Positions 38,624 through 47,402 of a stretch of 64,000 bases of DNA are shown piece by piece; position 1 is the stretch's first letter, and the number at the start of each line of letters is the position of its first letter. The notes beneath the pieces are model-generated. The model made no database searches. It was not told where the DNA came from and saw nothing but the letters and a program-made list of their open reading frames with translations. The stretch is from positions 15,277-79,276 of the forward strand of contig JAFGCN010000027.1 in assembly GCA_016932615.1 (NCBI GenBank), given 5' to 3'. The translations under genes were made by a program, and so were the position numbers. Source of the stretch: Candidatus Aenigmatarchaeota archaeon. Its GTDB lineage: Archaea > Aenigmatarchaeota > Aenigmatarchaeia > QMZS01.

Positions 38624-39307
38624 TTAATTTGTGCTTTCAACAACTGTTCCGTTTTCAAGCACGATTGCTGGCTCAACCCCCTCTTGGCTTTTCAGGGATA
38701 CGAATACTTCAATGCCGACTTCGTTTTGGTAGGTTACTGTTGTGTTCGTTATCGTGAAGTTTGAGAGGGCCATGCCTTTTGCGGAGTAGTGGGCATCTAG
38801 GACTTCGCCAATCCGCATTTCCGAAAGGGTGAATGCCTTCTCTACGCAGGAGTCAGCAGCGCTGTCGTAAACCTGGCCTTGCCAGCACCCGCAGTCCTTG
38901 TTGCAGTTGTTTGGGTCTTCAAAATATTCGCATTCTCCGTTTCCGCAGATTGGAGATACGCAGGATTTTTTCTCAAGCGAGCAGTACTCTCCCTGCCGGC
39001 AGGTGCAGTCTTCCCTGTCGTCAAGGCAGTTTTCTCCGGATTCACAGACCCCGTTATTTTTGACGCTCTGCAGTTTTTCCGTTTTTTCACTATTCTCCTG
39101 GGGGATGTCTTTATTGTCATCAAGATTTTCACCACTTCCTCCAAATAGGTAGCTGCTTAGAAATGCAATCGAAACAATTACGATGATGATTCCAATCACG
39201 GCCAGAAGGTATTTCTTCCGGCTTGTGGAATAGTTTTTCTGGTTTTCCTCCGGGGGTGGGCTTTGGGGCGGCGGATCCTGAGGGACAATTGGATATATTT
39301 CATCCAT
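38624..39307 (-). CDS. Type II membrane protein with a proline-rich cytoplasmic N-terminus and an extracellular Cys-rich module.
   Basis: PQDPPPQSPPPEE, a TM (LLAVIGIIIVIVSIAFL), then CESGENC...CGNGECEYFEDPNNCNKDCGC, which shares the CG[DN]GxC...NC.xDC pattern with the protein at 37692-38558. Confidence 0.55.
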   Translation of the reverse strand: MDEIYPIVPQDPPPQSPPPEENQKNYSTSRKKYLLAVIGIIIVIVSIAFLSSYLFGGSGENLDDNKDIPQENSEKTEKLQSVKNNGVCESGENCLDDREDCTCRQGEYCSLEKKSCVSPICGNGECEYFEDPNNCNKDCGCWQGQVYDSAADSCVEKAFTLSEMRIGEVLDAHYSAKGMALSNFTITNTTVTYQNEVGIEVFVSLKSQEGVEPAIVLENGTVVESTN

Positions 39308-39337
39308 AACTTACTATTGGAAGTATTAAACTAGATT

Positions 39338-39877
39338 ATGGTGGAGCAAAAGCCCTTTGAAAATTATCCCTGCCGGACTTTGGCGCTTTCCAATTTGCTG
39401 ACACTTTCGATTTACTTTCTGGGCGGATACATTCTCTACCAGTTTGGTGCCCTGTGGCTTGGGCTTTACCTCCTTTATGCCCTTGCCCTTGAATTCCGGG
39501 TGATGAAAAACAGTTGCGTGAGCTGCCACTACTATGGCAAAACCTGCGCCTTTGGGAAGGGAAAACTCGCCGCATTGTTTTTCAAAAAGGGAAGCCCCGG
39601 CAAATTCGCCAAAAGGGAAATTTCCCCGAAGGACCTAATTCCTGAGCTTCTCGCGTCACTCGTTCCGTTAATTGCAGGCCTCGGGCTTTTAATATTCAGT
39701 TTCAGCTGGGCGGTGCTGGCTTCTGTTGTCCTGCTGGCAGTTCTTACTTCTGCTGGGAACGGCTTTGTCCGGGGAAAACTTGCCTGCAGGTTCTGCAGGC
39801 AGAGAGAACTTGGCTGCCCTGCCGAGAGGATGTTTAGGAAGGGCAGAAAGTTGGGTCGAGCGTTAGCGAGCCGCTAA
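39338..39877 (+). CDS. Membrane protein with CxxC pairs.
   Basis: Four hydrophobic helices with CVSCHYYGKTC and CRFCRQRELGC motifs. Confidence 0.45.
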   Translation: MVEQKPFENYPCRTLALSNLLTLSIYFLGGYILYQFGALWLGLYLLYALALEFRVMKNSCVSCHYYGKTCAFGKGKLAALFFKKGSPGKFAKREISPKDLIPELLASLVPLIAGLGLLIFSFSWAVLASVVLLAVLTSAGNGFVRGKLACRFCRQRELGCPAERMFRKGRKLGRALASR

Positions 39878-40041
39878 ATTCCTGTTAGTTTCGTTTCCAG
39901 TTACGAAGTTCTGGAAACCTGCGTCCGCAGAGTCGGGAGAAAGGGCGTTCTATCAAATGAGCGAATGCTATACATCAAGAACAAGAATCTAGAGGCGTTT
40001 GCAATTATATTTATATAGAAGTAAGCATTATTAAATTTATA

Positions 40042-41283
40042 ATGGAAAAAGATGAAATATTGAAAGAGATAACAGATAAATATCTTGGTTCAGAAGAATT
40101 CAATGGTTATGCTCTTTATAATTTGGAAAATGAAATACAAAAGATAATTGAATTAGTTAAGGATGAAAAAATTGAAATAAATTTTGGTGATGGGCATCCG
40201 AATTTTCATATTAAAGCATTTGATTGTGATAATGTAGATACTCAATTAAAAAAAATTGATTCAATGGGACTTAATAATTCATGTGCATATCCAACAAAAA
40301 AATATCTCAAAACAAAAATACCTTATGGAAAATATAAAGATAAACCATTTACGAGATTGATTGCATTAGGTGAAGCAACACTAAACTTTGCGGTGTTTGA
40401 TTTAAGTGTTCTAGAAATATATAGAAATGATCCTAGGTTTTCATATTCTACTGATGATGTTGGTGGGCAAATTAACATCTCTGATGATTACTATAAATCT
40501 ACAGAAGTAAAATCCTCCGATAAAATTTTACTTCAGACGTTTGGTTTTTGTTATGAAAAAGAAAAGTTTAATAGAGCAGTTGCAGTATTTTATAGATATC
40601 TGGCTAATTTATCTGATGAACATCAAAAAATATGGCATGCTAAACTTTTGAGTGGAGATTATTTTTTACACCCGGATTATGCCCGAAGTTCTATGGGACA
40701 TTGGCCTGAAAAAGTTTCAATTTTTGAAGCATTTATTGAAGAACTAAAAACGATTAATGAGTTTTCTAAATTAATGAATAGACCAACTTTATTTAAGGAA
40801 GATTTCAAAAATAATAAACCTAGAGATTTTGCATTTTTAATCCGACCAACACTTAAAGAATTTAATTCATTTATTCATTTGTTAGATAAAATGATTTCTG
40901 ACAATATCAATAAAGATTTTTTTAAGGATGATATTGAGTTAGAATCTGAAGAAATTAGAACAGATGGTAAGATTATTGTTAGACAAAAAGCAACGATTAC
41001 TCTACTGAAAGACTGGTTAGATAAAGTAGTCAAATTTCCTGATCCAAAACCTAAGGAAGAAATGATAAAAACAATAAGAAATATTAGAACTATGCGTCAA
41101 CATCCTGCTCATAAAGTTGATGAAGATGTTTTTGACCAAAAATATTTCAAAGAACAAAGAGAGTTAGTTATTGAAGCATATAATGCAATAAGAACTTTGA
41201 GATTAATTCTTGCAAATAATCCTAGAACCAGATCTTATGAAGTGCCAGATTGGTTATATAAAGGAGAAATTTGGTCATTTTGA
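40042..41283 (+). CDS. Hypothetical 413-aa protein on a strongly AT-rich segment, carrying a C-terminal HEPN-like Rx4H motif. Possible Abi-like defence protein.
   Basis: Codon usage and base composition differ sharply from the flanks (roughly 30% G+C by eye). IRNIRTMRQHPAHK contains Rx4H twice. No other family recognised. Confidence 0.55.
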   Translation: MEKDEILKEITDKYLGSEEFNGYALYNLENEIQKIIELVKDEKIEINFGDGHPNFHIKAFDCDNVDTQLKKIDSMGLNNSCAYPTKKYLKTKIPYGKYKDKPFTRLIALGEATLNFAVFDLSVLEIYRNDPRFSYSTDDVGGQINISDDYYKSTEVKSSDKILLQTFGFCYEKEKFNRAVAVFYRYLANLSDEHQKIWHAKLLSGDYFLHPDYARSSMGHWPEKVSIFEAFIEELKTINEFSKLMNRPTLFKEDFKNNKPRDFAFLIRPTLKEFNSFIHLLDKMISDNINKDFFKDDIELESEEIRTDGKIIVRQKATITLLKDWLDKVVKFPDPKPKEEMIKTIRNIRTMRQHPAHKVDEDVFDQKYFKEQRELVIEAYNAIRTLRLILANNPRTRSYEVPDWLYKGEIWSF

Positions 41284-41401
41284 TGTAAACGCCCCCTTCT
41301 ATTTTTTAGCCCTTTCTCCCGATTGAAACTAACAACTGTTTAACGAACTTTATTCTCCTTTGCCTCGTCTTTTATGAGTATTAACGAAATAAGCGGTTAA
41401 C

Positions 41402-43522
41402 TTAATACACAAACAGCATCTCCCTGAACTTGGGCACAGGCCAAAGCTTGTCCTCGACTTCTCCTTCAAGCCCGTCGATTGCTTCCCGAAGGTTTGCCAT
41501 TACGTTCAGCACTTCGCTGGTCTTTCCTGCTTCGATAATTCTTTCAAGGTTTTCCGATTCATGCATGGCCTTTGATATGAGGTTTGAAACCCTGTTCAGT
41601 CTCTTTTCCATTCCGGATATGCTTTTGGCGTTTTTGTTTGCTTCTTTTAGGAGCAAGACCTCTCTGCAAAGATTTCTCTGGTGGCGAAGGGCGGCAGGCA
41701 GAATCATTGTTTTTGCAAGGTCGAGCATGCACTTTCCCTCGAGGTCGATTGTTTTTTCATACATCTCCCAGAGTATGTGGTACCTTGACTCAAGCTCCCT
41801 TTTTGAGTAGACCCCGTACTTTTCAAAAAGCTTTTGGGCTTTTTCGGACCTGAGGTATTCAAGGGCTTCGGGAGTTGCCCTGATGTTTAAAAGCCCCCTT
41901 CTTTTTGCCTCTTCCTGCCACTCGGGGCTGTAGTTGTCGCCGTTGAAGATTATCCTCTTGTGCTTTCGTATTGTTTCAAGCAGCACTTTCTGAAGCGCCT
42001 GATTGAAGATTTCCCCTTTTTTGGTAAGGGCTTCGGCTTGGCTGCATATTTCGTCCAGCGCTTCTGCGATAATTGTATTGAGGACCGTGTTTGCTCCCGC
42101 GCATGACTGGCTTGAGCCAACTGCCCGAAACTCGAATTTGTTTCCGGTAAAAGCAAATGGAGAAGTCCTGTTTCTGTCTGTCGTGTCTTTTGGTATCGGT
42201 GGAATTGAGCTTACACCGATTTTCAGCATTTCCTTTGGCTTTCCGGTGCCATTTCTGCCGCTTTCAATCCGAGAAATTATCTCCGTAAGCTCGTCGCCAA
42301 GCGAGATGGAGATTATTGCTGGAGGCGCTTCATTTGCGCCGAGCCGGTGGTCGTTTCCGCTTGAAGCAACTGACGCGCGAAGAAGGTCTGCGTGCTTGTC
42401 AACAGCCATAATGACCGCGCAAATGGCTGTGAGGAATTTTGCGTTTTCCTGCGGGTTGTGCCCCGGGTCAAGCAGGTTTTTTCCGTCAGGGCCAAACAAG
42501 CTCCAGTTGTTGTGTTTTCCGGAGCCGTTTACTCCCTTGAATGGCTTTTCGTGAAGCAGGCATACAAGGCCGTGCTTTTCTGCGGTTTCTTTCAGTATCT
42601 GCATGATCAGCATGTTGTGGTCCACCGCAAGGTTTTGCTCCTCATAGAGGGGCACTATCTCGAACTGGGCGGGGGCGACTTCATTGTGCCTCATCTTTGC
42701 GGGTATGCCAAGCTTCCAGCACTCCTTGTCAACTTCCTCCATGAAGCAAATGACTCTTTTCCTTATGCTTCCGAAATAATGGTCTTCCATCTGCTGGTGC
42801 TTTGAGCCGATTCTTCCAAAAAGAGACCTCCCCGTCAGTATGATGTCCGGCCTTTCCAGGTAAAAGTCCCTGTCGATTAGAAAATACTCCTGCTCTATTC
42901 CCACCATCGGGACGGCTTTCTTGTCTGGAAGTTCTTCGCCGAATAGCTTCAGAAGCCGCCTCGTGGACTTGGAAAGCGCTTCGGCAGACCTTAGAAGAGG
43001 GGTTTTCTTGTCAAGCGCATCCCCGTTGTAAGAGTAGAACGCGGAAGGAATGCAAAGTGTCGGGCTCTCGCCGATGTACTTTATGAATGCCGGGCTTGTC
43101 GGGTCCCAGGTTGTGTGGCCTCTTGCCTCGAATGTTGCGCGAAGTCCGCCTGAGGGAAAGCTTGAAGCATCCGGCTCCCCGGAAACGAGGTTTTTGGCCG
43201 AAAATTTCATTATTGCCCTTCCGTCCGAAAGGGGCTCCAAAAATGCCTCGTGTTTTTCTGCAGTGAGTCCCGTCATCGGCTGGAACCAGTGGGTGAAATG
43301 CGTTGCGCCTTTTGAAATCGCCCAGTTTTTCATGCCTTCAGCGACGTCACCCAGCAGCTCTTCAGGGAAAGGGTCTCCCCGGTCCAGGGTGTTTTTGAGC
43401 GCGGTAAAAGCGGGGGTTGGCAGATATGCGCTCATTGCATTAAGCCCAAAGGAATTCTCGCCGTAGGTTTCCGTGATTTCTGTTTTTCCGGCGTTATCTG
43501 CGGCCATACCTAATCTTTCCAT
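41402..43522 (-). CDS. glnN: Glutamine synthetase type III.
   Basis: 706 aa. The GS catalytic core is present with the GSIII-specific long N- and C-terminal extensions (NGSGKHNNWSL, MAVDKHADLLRASVASSGNDHRLGANEAPPAIISI). Confidence 0.75.
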   Translation of the reverse strand: MERLGMAADNAGKTEITETYGENSFGLNAMSAYLPTPAFTALKNTLDRGDPFPEELLGDVAEGMKNWAISKGATHFTHWFQPMTGLTAEKHEAFLEPLSDGRAIMKFSAKNLVSGEPDASSFPSGGLRATFEARGHTTWDPTSPAFIKYIGESPTLCIPSAFYSYNGDALDKKTPLLRSAEALSKSTRRLLKLFGEELPDKKAVPMVGIEQEYFLIDRDFYLERPDIILTGRSLFGRIGSKHQQMEDHYFGSIRKRVICFMEEVDKECWKLGIPAKMRHNEVAPAQFEIVPLYEEQNLAVDHNMLIMQILKETAEKHGLVCLLHEKPFKGVNGSGKHNNWSLFGPDGKNLLDPGHNPQENAKFLTAICAVIMAVDKHADLLRASVASSGNDHRLGANEAPPAIISISLGDELTEIISRIESGRNGTGKPKEMLKIGVSSIPPIPKDTTDRNRTSPFAFTGNKFEFRAVGSSQSCAGANTVLNTIIAEALDEICSQAEALTKKGEIFNQALQKVLLETIRKHKRIIFNGDNYSPEWQEEAKRRGLLNIRATPEALEYLRSEKAQKLFEKYGVYSKRELESRYHILWEMYEKTIDLEGKCMLDLAKTMILPAALRHQRNLCREVLLLKEANKNAKSISGMEKRLNRVSNLISKAMHESENLERIIEAGKTSEVLNVMANLREAIDGLEGEVEDKLWPVPKFREMLFVY

Positions 43523-43604
43523 TTTGGGATATATCCCCCGGTAATATGAAATATTACCTGTCGTTGATATTCTGCTTTGTGATTAGTTATCTATTGATTT
43601 AGTT

Positions 43605-44318
43605 ATGAACCTCTACGGAAAGCGGCCGGTAATCGAAAGAATGAGGGTTGACCCCGAAAGCATAAGGGCAATCTATGTTGAGGGAGGAACCCATATCGAG
43701 GAGCTCTCAAGGATTGCCCATGAAATCGGCTTTCGCCTTAACAAAATACCGAGGGACAAGTTCTACCGCATGTCGAGGGGGCTTAACACCCAGGGTGTGA
43801 TTGCAGAGGTCGAGGACTTTGTTTACAACGATTATGAGGACATAGTCTCCGCGCCTGACGAAATAAAGCCGATACTGGTTTTTCTTGACGGGGTCACTGA
43901 CCCGCAGAACCTTGGCTCGATTATCAGGAGCTTGGCGTGCCTGGGCGGCTTTTGCCTTGTCCTTCCCAGAAGAGAATCCGTTGACGTAAATGAGACGGTT
44001 CTCCGGGTCGCTAGCGGCGGCGAAAGCCACATGCCCATTTGCCAGGTTTCAAACCTCAGCAATGCGATTATCCGCGCTAAACGGGAGGGCTACTGGATTG
44101 GCGCAACAGTCGTAGAGGGGGGAGTGAACCCTGCCAAAGCCCGCTTGAATTTTCCGCTTGGCCTGATTTTCGGCTCGGAAGGCCAGGGGATAAGGCCGGG
44201 GCTGATGAACAGGGTGGACTATATGCTCACGATTCCAATGAAGGGCGCTGACCTGTCCTTCAATGTCGCGGTGGCGGCAACCCTTTTCTGCTACGAAGCT
44301 GCAAAACAGAGGGAATGA
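43605..44318 (+). CDS. SpoU/TrmH-family RNA 2'-O-methyltransferase (RlmB-like).
   Basis: SPOUT motifs (VFLDGVTDPQNLGSIIRS, LIFGSEGQGI, NVAVAATL). Confidence 0.75.
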   Translation: MNLYGKRPVIERMRVDPESIRAIYVEGGTHIEELSRIAHEIGFRLNKIPRDKFYRMSRGLNTQGVIAEVEDFVYNDYEDIVSAPDEIKPILVFLDGVTDPQNLGSIIRSLACLGGFCLVLPRRESVDVNETVLRVASGGESHMPICQVSNLSNAIIRAKREGYWIGATVVEGGVNPAKARLNFPLGLIFGSEGQGIRPGLMNRVDYMLTIPMKGADLSFNVAVAATLFCYEAAKQRE

Positions 44319-44386
44319 TTTCCAAAAGCCCATCTTTTGACTTTTTCTGGGCTTCCTGAAAAATAACTTATAAATAATAGCTATTT

Positions 44387-44704
44387 ATGGACAGCCCTGA
44401 AACAAGGCCCACCGCAATAAAGGATTCTGTAACTGATGCGGGCATCTCAAGAAATGAGCTTAAGCGGCTTTATTCCGAATTCCGCTCTTTTGGCGAAGGC
44501 GAGCAGGCAATGCCCATAGGTGACCCCAAGGGACTTATGGGCAGGTTCAAGTACCGTGAAGGGGACTTCAAGATGTTTATGCGTGCTTTCAACAAGGCGG
44601 CAATGGAATTCAATATTCCCATCTTCATAAAGCTTGACAGAAACACGCATCGCTCTTTTCTCTGCTACGAGAACAAAGGAGGGGTCTTATTTAGCGTTTT
44701 CTAG
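44387..44704 (+). CDS. Hypothetical protein.
   Basis: 105-aa ORF, no family recognised. Confidence 0.3.
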   Translation: MDSPETRPTAIKDSVTDAGISRNELKRLYSEFRSFGEGEQAMPIGDPKGLMGRFKYREGDFKMFMRAFNKAAMEFNIPIFIKLDRNTHRSFLCYENKGGVLFSVF

Positions 44705-44739
44705 GTTATCTAGAATTTTATTTATTTTTCAGTAGTTTT

Positions 44740-45090
44740 ATGGAAGGAACTTACAAGGTTCAGTTGCTTGACGCCGGCCCCAACAGCCCGTTTGGAAATG
44801 GTATGATGGTATATAAGGAGAATTCTCCTTTTGCCTGGATTAAAGTACCTTCAGGCAGTGGTGAGCTTAAGGAAGGTTTGCCGGGTTTCCTGAAAAATTC
44901 ATTCAAACTGCCTGAAAAGCCGGTTATGAGCGTATTGAAGCCCTTTGGCCATTTTGGCAAGGAACTTGCCTGGGAAACAAAGCCCTTTAATTTTAGATGC
45001 GGATTGGGCTTGGTGTATAGTTTGATTGATTATGCCACCCGTAATAAATTAAAGCCCTCAGACCCAATTTACCTGAACGCAAGCCCATGA
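44740..45090 (+). CDS. Hypothetical protein.
   Basis: 116-aa ORF, no family recognised. Confidence 0.3.
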   Translation: MEGTYKVQLLDAGPNSPFGNGMMVYKENSPFAWIKVPSGSGELKEGLPGFLKNSFKLPEKPVMSVLKPFGHFGKELAWETKPFNFRCGLGLVYSLIDYATRNKLKPSDPIYLNASP

Positions 45091-45130
45091 AAATTGCAAA
45101 ACCAAATATCTACTTTAAACTCATTTGATT

Positions 45131-46216
45131 ATGGACGCCATGCAGAGGATGGATCTGGTAAAACTTGACCCTATAGAGGAAATTATAACTGAGGATGAGC
45201 TTTTGGAGCTTCTGAAGATAAAGGAGCGGCCCATTGTCTATGACGGCTTTGAGCCTAGCGGAGTAGCCCACCTTGGGACAGGAGTTCTCCGGGCGATAAA
45301 GATTCAGGACCTTCTTGATGCGAACTGCCGGTTCAAGCTTCTTCTGGCTGACTGGCACGCAATGCTTAACAACAAGATGGGCGGCGACCTTGAAAGGATA
45401 CAGAAGGCGGGAAAGTACCTTATCGAGGTCTGGAAGGCCTGCGGAGTCGACACGAGCAAGGTCGAGGTCGTATGGGCGTCTGAAATGGTCAAAAACCCCG
45501 ACTACTGGAAGCGCGTCCTGGAAATCGCAAAGCTTACCACTGTGAGCAGGATGGTGCGCTGTTCGACGATAATGGGGAGAAGCGAGGGTGAAATGCAGTA
45601 TGTTTCCCAGCTTTTCTACCCCGCGATGCAGGCATCTGACATTTTCGAGCTTGAAGTCGACATCTGCCAGCTTGGAATAGACCAAAGAAAAGTCAACATC
45701 CTTGCAAGGGAAATCGCCCCGAAGCTTGGCTACAATAAGCCGGTTTGCGCCCACCACCACCTTCTTATGGGTCTTCAGGGAGCAGCCAAGATGAATTACG
45801 GCGAAGGCGAGGAGGAAAATAAGGAGATTGACGCGAAGATGAGCAAGTCAAAGCCAGAAACCTGCATATATGTCCATGATTCGCCTGAAGACATTGCAAA
45901 GAAGCTGAAAAATGCCTACTGCCTTACAAAAGTTGTCGAGGGAAACCCTGTCCTTGAGCTTTCGCGCTACATAATATTCAGGAAGCAGAAAACCCTGCTG
46001 ATTGAGAGGCCGGAAAAGTTTGGCGGAAACACAGAGTACTCAAGCTACAGCGAGCTTGAAAACGCCTTCAGGGAGGGATTAGTCCACCCCATGGACCTTA
46101 AAACTGCGGTTTCAAGGGACTTAGCAAAGATACTTGAGCCAGTAAGAGTGCATTTTGAAAACAACCCTGAGGCGCGGGAATTATATGAAATTGTAAGGGG
46201 AGGAATCACCCGCTAA
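45131..46216 (+). CDS. tyrS: Tyrosyl-tRNA synthetase, archaeal type.
   Basis: YDGFEPSGVAHLGTG class I HIGH-equivalent and KMSKS. The C-terminus (KKLKNAYC...VVEGNPVLELSRY...RPEKFGGNTEYSSYSELE...HPMDLKTAV) parallels the Methanocaldococcus TyrRS. The track ORF begins at a TTG at 45125. Confidence 0.9.
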   Translation: MDAMQRMDLVKLDPIEEIITEDELLELLKIKERPIVYDGFEPSGVAHLGTGVLRAIKIQDLLDANCRFKLLLADWHAMLNNKMGGDLERIQKAGKYLIEVWKACGVDTSKVEVVWASEMVKNPDYWKRVLEIAKLTTVSRMVRCSTIMGRSEGEMQYVSQLFYPAMQASDIFELEVDICQLGIDQRKVNILAREIAPKLGYNKPVCAHHHLLMGLQGAAKMNYGEGEEENKEIDAKMSKSKPETCIYVHDSPEDIAKKLKNAYCLTKVVEGNPVLELSRYIIFRKQKTLLIERPEKFGGNTEYSSYSELENAFREGLVHPMDLKTAVSRDLAKILEPVRVHFENNPEARELYEIVRGGITR

Positions 46217-46240
46217 AAAGGGCTTCCCGGGTGTTCGAGT

Positions 46241-46486
46241 ATGCGCGCAGAGCTTAAGCCGGTGGACTTAAAGCCGGGCTATCTTGAATGGGTTGGGCTA
46301 AGGCAGCCGTTGGAGTTGGCGGAAATAGATTATGGTGTGGCGAGGGAACTTGCTGGGGAACTGAATGCTCAGATGACTGGAAACAAATACCACGTTTATT
46401 TTCTTCCTTCAAAAGGAATTTTTGACCCGTGGGATAGCGGCTGGAAGGGCTTTAGACAACCACTTGAAGTGACTGGGGTGGACTAA
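46241..46486 (+). CDS. Hypothetical small protein with an internal duplicated segment. Coding status uncertain.
   Basis: G[LF]RQPLE[LV].. occurs twice. It lies in a 530-bp intergenic region. Confidence 0.2.
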   Translation: MRAELKPVDLKPGYLEWVGLRQPLELAEIDYGVARELAGELNAQMTGNKYHVYFLPSKGIFDPWDSGWKGFRQPLEVTGVD

Positions 46487-46747
46487 GCAACTCTTTGCCC
46501 AACTTCGGGAAGGGGGATTAGGTTCGAGTTTGGCAGCAAAGTTTACTGCCCCAGCCCGTTTACATGCGTTGCCGGACGTATGCTGTCAGGCAATGCCTCA
46601 ATTTACCTTGCGCTTGGGGTCCGCACCGAAAATAATCCTGAAGTCTATATTGAAGGGTCTCCTGAAGTCCTTAAAGTCTCCAAGAAAAAGGGGCCGAATT
46701 TTGACAGCAGTATCTTTGACGGGCGTTTTGTATAAAAAGATTATATT

Positions 46748-47371
46748 ATGGCATTTAGCGTCAGGCAGAATATTCTTACCGCAGGAATCGCCATTCTGAT
46801 GGTGTTTTTTGTCTCTTATGGGATTGGCTCTTTTTATCCCGCCCCGGAGTATTCCGACTTCTGCACGCAGGGAATTTTGGGCTTTGCAATAGAGTCGGAA
46901 AGCCAGTGCCAGGAGTATGGAGGGAAGTGGATGAATTACACGGCTCTGCAGATTCCCACCCTTCAGGAGCAGTATGTCTGTACGCGCATGCCTTCGGACA
47001 ACCAGACCGAGGTTCGCCTTTCATGCACAGTTGCACCCGAAAGGAGCGGGTACTGCGAAGTCGACTATTACTGCTCAAAAGATTTCGAGGCGGCAAATGA
47101 AATTTACCGGAGGAACTTTTTTGTCGCTTCCGCCTTTTTAGGCATAATTGTTCTTGTCCTTGGAGGAGCCGTCCTGAAGCTTGAAAACGTTGGAGCAGGG
47201 ATAATGGGCGGCGGCCTTCTGGTAATTCTCTACGGGATAGTCAAGTACTGGGGGCTTGCAACAGACATGATTAAGTTTTTGATGACCGGAATTGCCCTGG
47301 CAGTTCTGCTGTGGCTTGGTTACAAAAAGCTGAATCCGGAAAAGAAAAAGAAAGGCAGATTTCTGAGATAA
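46748..47371 (+). CDS. Membrane protein with a Cys-containing ectodomain.
   Basis: N-terminal TM, 8 Cys in the middle, and two C-terminal TMs. Confidence 0.45.
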   Translation: MAFSVRQNILTAGIAILMVFFVSYGIGSFYPAPEYSDFCTQGILGFAIESESQCQEYGGKWMNYTALQIPTLQEQYVCTRMPSDNQTEVRLSCTVAPERSGYCEVDYYCSKDFEAANEIYRRNFFVASAFLGIIVLVLGGAVLKLENVGAGIMGGGLLVILYGIVKYWGLATDMIKFLMTGIALAVLLWLGYKKLNPEKKKKGRFLR

Positions 47372-47402
47372 CCTCCCACTAGTATTGATTGTAGCTAAAT
47401 TT

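Noticed and set aside
39878-41401. Looked for integrase, flanking direct repeats or a tRNA attachment site around the AT-rich island.
   Set aside because: None found by eye, so the island is reported as a compositional anomaly only, not as a defined mobile element.
46530-46799. ORF 46530-46799 (89 aa) in the tyrS downstream spacer.
   Set aside because: It overlaps the start of the well-supported membrane-protein gene at 46748 and has a low-complexity Leu/Lys/Ser composition, so it is probably not coding.
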